Source: Pelomyxa schiedti
Lineage: Eukaryota > Protista > Evosea
Assembly: GCA_020536535.1 (NCBI GenBank)
Contig: JAHLWZ010000967.1
Span: 1 to 36,326 of the forward strand
DNA length: 36,326 bases
Reading direction: 5' to 3'
Below are positions 1-10,514 of the stretch, in pieces (position 1 is the stretch's first letter; each line of letters starts with the position of its first letter). The position numbers and the translations under genes were made by a program. The notes beneath the pieces were generated by a model, which was not told the origin of the DNA, did no database searches, and worked only from the letters and a program-made list of their open reading frames with translations.

Positions 1-58
1 CCGCCTCATCTTTTTTTTTTTTGTGTTTTTTCGGTTTGTTTTTGCCGGATCACTCAAC
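1..58 (-). repeat. Inverted copy of 512-569 (left arm, truncated by window edge)
   Basis: Bases 1-58 are the exact reverse complement of 512-569, including the A12 run and the ATGAGGCGG start of the next gene. Confidence 0.95.
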
Positions 59-560
59 AACGTCTTCTCGAAAGAACCACCTGATGAAACTGAGAGGAGT
101 TTTTGGGAGGGGACAGAACCACGGTGAATGAACTTCAAGAAAACCTTTGAGGTGCAATTTGTTGTTGAGATGCGAGTAAATCTTGGGTTGAGTCATGGCC
201 CATCTTCAATACTCAGACACTGACTTGCATCATATTCCTTCTGAGCCAGGGTGAGTTACAGTGTTTGGGATGCTGTTTCAACACCTCATTCTTTCATTGG
301 AGAATAAAAAAACCCTGGAGCGTAGCTTACCATCATTCTTTATTGTTCTATGAAAGGGAAAAAAGGGTGGTGAGTGAACACCATAGGTTATCAGTGAGTT
401 TTCTTGCTTTTCTTGCTTGGTATCTTTGGTGCCATGGGTTTGGCGGTACTGGGCTTCTTGGCTGGGGAAGCGTACCACAGTATTTGACCAACAATAATTG
501 CATTGAGCAGCGTTGAGTGATCCGGCAAAAACAAACCGAAAAAACACAAAAAAAAAAAAG

Positions 561-3251
561 ATGAGGCGGTTTTCGCGGCGTACAACGCCTCCCCCAGATT
601 CGACATCGCAAGCAACGGCCGTGGACGATGCAACGTCGCAGCAGGATTCTTCTGCCGACCCCGACTCCTCTGCGGCCGCGGCGCCGTCCCAAACAACAAC
701 AACAACAACAACATCCAGCTCCGGCTCCAATGCCAATGCCAACGCAAGTTCTAGTTCCAGCGCGCCGGCGTTCTTCACGTCCAACTTGGAGGAGCACAAG
801 AAGAGGCAGAAGAACCGCCGCCGAATGCTGTCAAAGTGGGGGGCCGTCACCGGTTCGAGGCTTCTCTTCGACGGCGGGACACTGGCCTCGGAGTCGGTCG
901 TCGCGAGCCCCTCCGCAGTCCCAAACACCGAGCACTGCGGATCGGCGCCGGTCACGTGTGTAGTGGTGCGTGCGTTCGTCCGTCCGAGAATCTTCTTCCT
1001 TATATTAGAACTGTGAACTTTGCCAGCTTTGATTGTGGGAAATATTAGCGCTTATATTTGCTTTTTCACTTGATAATGATAGATGGGGAAAAATGGGGAT
1101 GTTGCTCACAAGAAATCTTGTAGGTGTACCCATCAGGGGCAGATGTCACTCGAAGAGTAACCTTTAAAACTAGCCCTGGGAGGCATGAAGTGATTGTGAG
1201 GGATATTCCTTTATGTGCCACCAACTTGAGAATAGCTGGTAGGTAGCTCTTTGTCGACTAAACATAGGAAAATGAACAGCGTTTAACCTTCAATTAGGCG
1301 TCTCCCCAAATTGCGTCATTCCTGCGGTTTCCCCTTTTACAGAACCAAGGCCCGATATTCCCGAGATAAAAATTATTCAGAAGAGGATCGCAGAACTTGA
1401 TCTGGAACTCTCCGTGCTTTCAGTATTTGCTCCTATTGACGTTTTCCTTGTACCTAATTCCATTAACATGACAGAAACGAAAGGAACTTGTGAAGTGTTG
1501 GCTGTACTCCTTGCAGCTCTCGTTTAGTGCACCCCCTCCCAATGGCAATTCCCCTGACACTTCGGGAATTTGCCCCCTCATCCCGCAGTTTGTGCAAATG
1601 AAAGCGAAACTGGCCGAGTCTCTTGCTTTTGAGGATTTGAAGTTGCAGTCACAGAAAAAAGAGGCTGAATATGAGTATAAAAAACTATGTGAGCTCAAGA
1701 GAACATCAATAGCTTCCTTGCAGCACGCAAGGTTAAGTGCGGTCGTGGTTTCTGATGAAGAGGTTTGAGTTTAGAAAAGTTACTGTTTTTTTGAATCTCA
1801 GCAGGTCTCCTTTGATATTTGTTATGCTATTCCATCTGCTTCCTGGAAACCAAATTATGAAATTTACGTAACTCCTGGGCAAACTTCTATTCACATTGTA
1901 TATTATGGTATGTTCATTTGTTGTCAATTCTACATCTAATTTCTTTCCAAAGGGGAGCTCCGTCAACAAAGTGGTGAAGACTGGAACAATGTAATATTGG
2001 ACTATGGAAATCTTATCTCACTGTTTACAGGTGAAACTGGCGCTATGCACACAAGCCAGTTTTTCTGGCTCGATTCCAGTCCTTCCCAGACGAACTCTAT
2101 CAATTTACCATCCTGTGTATTCATCCTTTGCAAGCCGTGGACGTAAGATGTACAGTGAATGTGAAAAGGTGTGTGAAGAGGAGTGTTATGATTTGGAGGA
2201 GGAAGAGGAAATCTCGTGCTCTCGGTCAAGGAGCAGATCCGTTGAACGGTCTAGGAGTGGAAGTACTTCCTCAAGTGCCAGCAGAAGCCGTAGCAGACAC
2301 CGCACAAGGCGGCACAACCTACGTAACCCGACAACTCGTAGGCAGCCTGCAGCTGCTCTTAAGGTTTTTTGATCTGTTTCCCTTTTTCGGCTTTTCTCTA
2401 ATGACACCTCAGGTTCTAACATCAAATGTGAAAGGAACGGATAACTCATTTGCCAATTTCGAAATCCCCTGCCCTTGTTCAATTGAATCAGGTGCATCAA
2501 AGCACCGTGTAGTTATAACGATGCTTGAACTTCCAGGTTTGTAGGATGTGAGACATCCTTAGTCTAACAGGTTTTTCTCAGCATCTTTTTCATATGATGT
2601 TCTCATTGAAGGAGAGCATCCAAAAGCCTATTTGTCTGCATTTGCACAAAACTCAAATTTCCCTCTTGTACCTGCAAACGGAAAAGTCTATTTCGACAAT
2701 AGCTTCGCCTTTGTATATGATATGCAGGTCCGTGTTCCTTAAAACTTGTAACAATGCTTACATTTGTTTCAGTTTGTGAATGCGAATGAGGAATTTGAGA
2801 TGATGTTGGGTGTTGATGACTCCATACAAGTCACAAAGCAGCCTATCCAAAAATATGCAGACAAATCCGGCATCATTGCCAAAGTTGACTCCCTAGGAAT
2901 GAAGTACACTACCACAATAAAGAACACACGTGGTCATGAGGTACACACAAAATACATAAGCCCCAACACCTACCCAAATAAAAAATAAAACCCCAAAAAA
3001 AGCCAACCCATAAATAGGTTTCACTGAGCGTAATGCAAGTGGTGCCAAACCCCACAGACTCGAGGCTGAAGCTCAAGATACAGCAGCCTCGGCTCACGGC
3101 CACCAAATCTGGTGACCCACCGGAGGCCACCCTGGAAGATAACGTTGTAGCCTGGTCTCAGGTTCTCCCCTCCAGAGCTGAGGCAGAATTCGTTCTTCAC
3201 TATTGTCTCGAGTTCCCTCGCGACACCGTCCTCAGTGAGACACTTCCTTAA
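561..3251 (+). CDS. DUF4140/DUF4139-domain protein (F37C4.5/MuiA-like), multi-exon
   Basis: Spliced translation gives APVTCVV|VYPSGADVTRRVTFKTSPGRHEVIVRDIP (DUF4140-like N domain), a coiled-coil, and EEFEMMLGVDDSIQV...KYTTTIKNTR...QVVPNPTDSRLKLKI...VAWSQVLPSRAEAEFVLHYCLEFP (DUF4139-like C domain). N-terminus is S/T-rich. Confidence 0.8.
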
Positions 3252-3319
3252 ACAAAAAAAAAAATTTCGCCTTCACACTTCAATTTGGCGGTTGGAACGG
3301 GCGCAGAGTTTCGGTTGCA

Positions 3320-4925
3320 ATGAGAGAAGAGTGCGAGCAATTGGTGCTGGCCCTGGAGAATTTTGACACTGGGGAGATTGATGCTTGCTTTCGGAGTACT
3401 CGTCGGGCGCTGGGACACAACAACGCGCACGCTCCGTCCCTTTTGTTCTTAGAGAAGGTTGGGGGTTGCCAGTTATGGGTGGTTTCCTTGTTGCCCAACC
3501 CATAATTTAGTTTTGTTTCTAAGTGGGTGTGACGTGATGGATGCATGGATCCTGAAGAGCGACTGTGCATTTGTGGATTTGATATGAAGCAATCAACAAT
3601 AATAAATGCACCCAAGGTACTGGTTGTGATGCACCCTCAATGTCAACTGGATGAAGCACTGAGGCCAAGCACTTATGGGTTACTGTCCCGAGTGCTAGTA
3701 TCGAAGAAGTCTGTGGAAGAAGGCCAGAAGTTTTTTGATACATATTTTCCTACCCCTGGGGCGTCTCATGCATCCCTCACTATGCACGCTCTGTGGAACA
3801 AGTGTGGTTTCTATGCTTTCGCAATTGTGGAAGCTCATGCACGGATAGATTTTTTAAATTCGATGACCCAGTCGCAATGGGGTTACTCAAGCAGGTTCCG
3901 CCGTCATCGAAATGGTATCCTGTTACTCTCCATCAGGTTAGTTTTCACTATTGCGTTTTTTTTTATGACAGAATGTTAAGATTGCACTCTACTATTTCTA
4001 TGGAAGTCCTGACATTCCATCCATGAAAGAAAAGAATCTAACTCGGGCCATGGAATTGTTTAAAGAAGCAGGAGAACTGGGTAATACAAATGCCCTTTTC
4101 AGCCTTGGCTATTGTTACAGATATTCCCGATCAGACACCGTGCAAGCAGACTTTTATTACCAAAGGTCAGCATCACTGGGCAACGCCGTAGCCAAGTACA
4201 GTCAAGCTCTTAACTTACAGGTATTCGGTGTTAATACTCAACGCACATTCACCTTTAAAAAATGTACTTAGGTTACACTACCCGATGAATCATTTCAGTT
4301 GTGGAAGGAAGCAGCAGAATTGGGAGACGTTGGAGCAATAAATGTTGATCACAACTCTCCCCCTCACTCTCAATTAATTAGTATAACTAATAATGAGTGC
4401 TAGGGCCTGAGAGCCCTCTATGGCAATAGAAAGGAGCCAGACAAAGAACTCGAGTGGCAGAACAAAGCCGTTAAACTTGGAATAGTTACTACCTGCATGG
4501 AATTAGTTCGCACTTCACCACCATCAAGCCCGAATTATTTGGAATGCCTCCGGAATGCAGCCCATTCTGGATCAGCAAGAGCCGCACTGAGATTACAGGA
4601 GATATTCTTTGAAGGACTACAGAACCCAACTGGAGAAATCATCATCAAACGAAACCTACAAGAAGCACTCAGATACGCGGCCCTTGCACGTGAATGCTAC
4701 TTTGTTGATATGAAAGTAGCTCGTGAACTACAACCCACAATTGATACAAAGATGCTTCCCTACAACGAGTCAATCGCACTCATTGAACACTGCATCCTGA
4801 GGCAGAATCAGGCCCTCGCGGTGCTTCTCGGAAATCACGCACGAACGGGACCGTGCAGCGCCGTCAGTATCTTGCCTCAGTGGTTTGTATGTGAAATTGC
4901 CCAGATTCTCCTGCATCTTCCCTGA
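3320..4925 (+). CDS. Sel1-like repeat protein, multi-exon (start at 3320 or 3381, uncertain)
   Basis: Sel1-type repeats KNLTRAMELFKEAGELGNTNALFSLGYCY, QADFYYQRSASLGNAVAKY, ESFQLWKEAAELGDVGA, AAHSGSARAALRLQEIFFEG...RNLQEALRY. Stop TGA ends at 4925. Confidence 0.78.
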
Positions 4926-5106
4926 AGAATCAGGATCAGAGCCATCTTCCTGTGTGCCAAAGATTTCTATCTCCTCATTCAAAGACACAACACCAAAGAA
5001 GATTGACGCCCAGAAGTGGGAATAAGACGCTCTGTTTGTTATGTTTTTGATGGATCGTCGAAGGCCGCTTTTGTTTTTTTCTATTAAAAAAGAAACGCCG
5101 ACTACA

Positions 5107-7510
5107 ATGAGCGGCCGTATTGTTGAGATCTTGAGGGAACGTAAGACCTACTGTGGCGGTGTGAGTGAGAATACAACACAAGTGGTTTTGGCTAGGACCC
5201 TACCGATCGGTAATACGAGGACACAGAATGATAGTGAGTGTTGGATCTGTGCTCAATTTTGAATTTGGCACTTCTTGTTCTTGTTCGACCCTTAATGCGT
5301 GCCTCTCTTTTCAGCGGAAAACGCTCTGCTCCTCGCTAGAGCTTATTTTCATTCTGGACAGCATGCCAGGGCTTATGACACACTCGCGCGATACTGCTTA
5401 CGCGAGGACCCCCGGAATCCTCACCCGCAGCCTCAGAGTGCGTTGCACAAAGAGTGTCTACTACTTGCTGCTGAATGCTTGGTAATGCTTATTTGCCAGC
5501 TGATACGTTTCGTCTAATCAGTTGTGATGTTTCTCTGTCTTCATTTGGCAATCAAGATTAGATTGCCATGCATGAGGACGCACAGTGCACCGAACTTCTT
5601 GGCGGGCAGAGTTTTATGACAACGACCAGCGGCGATTACACACCAAATATGTTGAGATCACCGGTAGATCCAGTAAGCAGTTAATTTGATTGTGTCAGCT
5701 CTTTTTACTGAAGTTGTAGACTGAGGCAGCGATATGCCTTATTCGTGCTCAAATCTGTGAAAGAGAGGGAAATGTTGATTCTGCTGTTGTATGGTATAAG
5801 CACGCGAGTATCCATGATCCAATAACAGCTTTTGGGGTACAGAGAGACTCTCCACTGCATATCACACTTCCTAATTATCAACGTGGGAAAAAAGGGGATG
5901 GTTCATTTATTGGACTCAAGAATGCTACCACTTGTCGAAGAGAGACAATTTATTGGGGATGTGGAGCTAAAGCTGAGTACATTACTTCCCACTGCCGAGT
6001 TCAGTCACTTGGCTACTCTTCTTGAGGCAAAATCAAACAAGGTTTTTGGCTTTGGGAACAATCAACTTTATTCCTCATGAAAGAATAGTTTGGAAAGGAA
6101 TGCGAAGCGGTTCTTCTAAAATATGCATCTGTCATCCAAGCAACTCCTTCAGAAATTGATTTCTGTGTGGAGTGCGCTGAATGGCACTTTTACCACAACA
6201 ATTTACTTCAGGCACACGCAATGACTGCCAGGTATTACTATTGCTAGAGATATGCCTGTGTGAATAATTTTCATCTTCGAAGGCTTTTAGAGATTGACCC
6301 ATTGACTTGTGGAAAGCTTGCTGAGTTGCACGTTGCAATCTTGTCTGTTGTTCTGTTACTTTTTGGGATTTATTCATTTAAAAAGGGTTGAATTATCCTT
6401 GAAAGAGGAGTTACACTGCTTTGTCAACAAATTATCAGAGCTGTACCCAAAATCTCCTGTGTCCTGGTACAAATCACCTGCCCGCAATTTGTATTGGCAT
6501 CACAACTTAAACGGCTTACAGGTATTCAAGTGGGTGCTACCTCTATCTCATAGGAAATACAAAAGCGTGTAAATCTTTCCTGTATTTTCTCCTCTCTTAG
6601 GATCTTTTTGTAAACGTGGTCCCCAGGAAAGCTATTAATATCGATAGTGCTTACACACTTGCGTGGATTGGGTATGGGCATTCTCTTGTTAGTGACGGTA
6701 TTTCTTTATGGAAAAGTTTCACACTAATGCATCCCTAAGTTGATATTGATAAGGCCATTCTTGCCTACCGTCAAGCAGCCAAAGTCTTCAAAGGGTATAT
6801 GGGTTCCCAGCTTATTTTCTACTTTTTAATATAAAAAGGAGCCATTTTCCACATCTCTTTATGGGAATGCTCTATACCCGGCTGAATCAGTTAATTCAGA
6901 GTGAAACAGTTCTTACCAAAGCACTCAGTGTGAGTGCTCCTGTTCCTGTTCTTTTACTAAAATAGTAAAGCTGTGTCCTGTTGATCCACTTGTGTACAAC
7001 GAGCTTGGTGTTGTTTCATTCAAGAAGGCCAAGTGAGTTTACAGCCCAGTTTCCCTGTCAACCTAATCTACAAAGTTACAAAGAAGCTATATCACTTTTC
7101 AATGAATGCATTAAGAGATGGGAAAAGCCTTTACAGGCTCAATTGGAACCTGTTTTTTACAACTTAGCGCACAGTTATAGAAAATTTGGGTATTTCCTGC
7201 TCTTCAAATTTCTAAAACCAATGTGCCTCAGAGACTTCATTTCAGCCGCCAAGCACTATCACACTTGTTTAACACTTAAACCCAACGAATTCTCTACAAT
7301 GTCGGCCTTAGCCCTGACATACTATTACCTCGTAAGATTCCATCAGTCCTTCCACACCTAAACAGTACCCAGAAAAACTTTGATCAAGCTATTCTGTTCT
7401 GCCACACAGCTCTCACCAAAAGAAAGGACAACTTTGTGACCTCTCTTCTCACACTGTGTCTCACCAGTGCTGCACAATACCCCCTATGTTTCGAACACAA
7501 GCAAGACTGA
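5107..7510 (+). CDS. CDC16: Anaphase-promoting complex subunit 6 (CDC16/Cut9), TPR protein, many introns
   Basis: Spliced motifs LLARAYFHSGQHARA, CLLLAAECL, KEELHCFVNKLSELYPKSPVSWY, AWIGYGHS, AILAYRQAAKVFKGSHFPHLFMG, CPVDPLVYNELGVV, EPVFYNLAHSYRK, STMSALALTY match APC6 TPR signatures. Confidence 0.88.
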
Positions 7511-7608
7511 TTTAAAAAAAGTGACGTCTTTAAAAAAAAAAAAAAAAAGCTGTCTCTTATATCTTCATCATAAACAACACCACCGAGATTGGCATGTTCC
7601 GTTCCGTC

Positions 7609-10212
7609 TTAGTGGTGCCTGTGCCTCTTCTCTCTGGACTTCTTGTGGTGACCGGCCCCCTGGTACTCTGTCATCTCCACATCGCCCCCACTGTCGTCGC
7701 TCCTGTGCCTGTGCCCGTGCCTGTGCTTTCTGCCGCTGCCGTGCTTGTGGCTTGGCCTGTCGCTGTCGGAGCTCTTCCTCCTCGAGTCGCCGGTGGTCAC
7801 AATGTGCGACGGCGCCGAGCCGTGCCTGTACTCGCCAGTGTTGTCGGCCGAGTCGGAGCTCTTTCTTCTCTCCTCGTTGTCGCTGCTGGAGGAGCTCTCC
7901 GAAGACGAGGAGGAGGACGACGAGGAGGAGGAAGGGACCCCGGCGGCGCCGGAGCCCGAGTCGCGCTGCGGGAAGAGCCAGGCGGAGCGCCTGGGCCTGG
8001 CCCTGGACCACACCCACGCGGCGAAGAGCACGAGCATGACGAACAGCACGACGCCGTAGATGGTGCCGACGGTGATGCCGATCGCCACCGGCGCGTGGCG
8101 CACGAGCAGGTACACCGTCGCCGTGGTCAGCGTGACGACGGTGACGACGGCGCCGCTGCGGACAAAGTCGAAGAAGGTTATTCGGTGCCCAACCTGGACA
8201 TGGGGTTTTTTTTTTAGGTTTGTTAGTGGAATTCTACAGTTTAGTTTAGGAAAGAAAGGAAAATGAAGAGCAGAGAAGTTGGGGTGAATCATACTTGTTT
8301 GGCAAGGCCGGCTATTATAACATTTGTGGGGGCGGCCATCACAGTTGAGTTATCCCCAAGGCAGCAGCCAAATGATAGAGCCCAAGCCAACACACTCACA
8401 TCCAGGGACAATTTCGTGGCAATTATCCGAATTATTGGTAATGCAAATACAGCCACTGCATAACTTTCTATGAATCCACTCACAATTCCAGTAATCCATA
8501 GTAAACTGACCATGACTACAGTCAGTAGGAATTCCTCAGATACTCCTCTCTCTAGGGAATCTGAAACACCTTGTCCAATCACTCTCATGAGGCTCAGATT
8601 TTCCACCAATCCCGCGAATGCAAATAGAACAGCTAAATACAAAAGGCCTTCCCAATCAACAGCGTGTAGGTACTTGTCAATTCTAAATGGCTCAGTGATA
8701 AGTAGCAAAGCAGAGCTCCCAAATAAAGCGACCCAAGCAGGATAGATGTTGTACCAACTTCCAGTAACAAAGGTGATCAGCATCAGAAAGATGATAGCCC
8801 ATGCCCGCCATAAAAGTGTTGGTTTTCTTATGGGGAACTAAAGAGAGTCACTGAAAGTAAAAGAGAGGCCCTTTCTGACCTGATTTACTAGCACGTGGAC
8901 ATCCAAGAGATTCTGGCCTCTCCAAATGACACGGTAGTACCATACAAGTACAACCATGGTCACTGCAGCACAAATTGCTATACCAGGTGTCATATGAGCC
9001 AAAAAATCGACGAAAGTAAGATTAAGCCTCGAGGCAATAATGATATTTGGAGGGTCTCCAATTGCTGTAGCAGCCCCTCCGATATTTGCAAAGAAAGCTT
9101 GTGCCATAAGCATGGGTACTGGCATTATCTAATCGATATTAAACCGAAAAAGGTTGCAGAGAAACACAGAATTATTTACACTAAGGGTGGTACTAAGTTT
9201 AAGACCAACAGGAGCCATCAGTAGTATAGCTGTTCCGTTTGGGAAAATTGTGGAAACAATGCAGGTGCTCAGTGATACCAATGTAGAAAATAATGCAACT
9301 CTGCCGCCACTAGCCTGATAACATCTGAAGATTTTTTTTTTGTAGGAGAGGCGGTAATTATGCATAGCAGCCATCAAACCTGGCGGCTAAGAATTCAAAA
9401 AAGCCACTCAGAGTAAAGGCATTCATCACAATAGTCATGCCAAAGATAACCAACAGAGGGCCGACATCAACATATGACGCAACTTCTTGCAAAGTCGGCG
9501 CATTCCCGGCACCAACCATGAACATCAGCAACACGAAGCACCCAGCAGCCAGAGAGAGAAGCTTGTTCACACCTGTCAAAGGTGGAATCATAAACGCCAA
9601 CAGCGTCACACTGAGCCCCACCCACGGCCTGGAAATTCCCACCGGCCCCCATGCCTTCACAGTCACAGCAAGCAGAACCCCAGCAACATCAGAACTGTTG
9701 GAATTTCCTTCGGACGTGGATTTCGAGCTCGAATGCTCTCCCGAAAGCTCTGAAAACGAAGAGGACGACGAGGAGGAGGAATTCGACTCGTCCAAGTAGT
9801 ACGCAGAGAAGAACTGCAGCTTGTGAGACTGAGACCGATCAAATCCTTCCACTTCGGCCAAGTCATAGTCCTCAACCTGAGGCACATCATCAGGCTCAAA
9901 ACAAGTCCAGGGCTTAGAAATAGAACTCCACGGGCCAGCTATTCCGTGCTGCTGGAACAGCTCCACACAAACCACCACTGGAACCAGGTTGGTGTCGCCC
10001 CCATCAGAAGCAGCAGAAGAAGATGATGATGATGACAGAGACTCAGACTCGACGGTCTCGCCCGTGTAGTCGACGATTAGCTCGACAACTCGAGTACCAT
10101 CCGGCAGAAGAATTGGCGGCGAAAACGAGGTGCTGAGGAAAAAGTAGTCTGTGGCCCACACTTGTCCAGCAAGTACCGTGAGAAGGAGAACCCACCAACA
10201 ACACGAAATCAT
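7609..10212 (-). CDS. OCA2/P-protein-like ArsB/NhaD (CitMHS-type) membrane transporter, multi-exon
   Basis: Signal peptide MISCCWWVLLLTVLAGQVWA. Motifs FGMTIVMNAFTLSGFFEFLA, FFANIGGAATAIGDPPNIIIAS, VDWEGLLYLAVLF, WALSFGCCLGDNSTVMAAPTNVIIAGLA and ITFFDF are characteristic of the P-protein family. Confidence 0.88.
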
Positions 10213-10514
10213 CTCGCGTATGGTAGGCAATCAATTACGGAGTTCCAAGAACGCCCCTTTTTCTTGAGGATTGAAGAAGCTTGATTTGCCCCATAATGAG
10301 GGTCTTGGCACCTGGCTTGCGGGCTTAGGTATAGGGCAGCTCTTGCTAATGGCGACTCTGTGATGAAAAATTAACTTACTTGCTTTGCCGGATTTCGCTG
10401 TGACAGACTTAAATGCTAGTTCTGATGATGTTTTTTTTTTTTCCCTCCTCCCCGAATCTAGTAATGATCTAAAAAACAGGAAGTTCTTTCCGCGATAAAA
10501 AAAACACACGCGAG

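Noticed and set aside
59-511. Possible spliced minus-strand gene fragment in the inverted-repeat spacer
   Set aside because: Intron-like segments exist, but I found no continuous frame or recognisable motif.
3520-3545. In-frame TGA in the Sel1 gene suggesting stop-codon readthrough or selenocysteine
   Set aside because: An alternative canonical splicing model starting at ATG 3381 avoids it, and TGA is a normal stop in CDC16, the esterase and the MFS gene.
7467-8217. Long overlapping + strand ORFs (also 278-955, 10814-11443, 12854-13630, 27401-28112, 34276-36154)
   Set aside because: Shadow ORFs caused by GC-rich or repetitive coding sequence on the opposite strand or in another frame.
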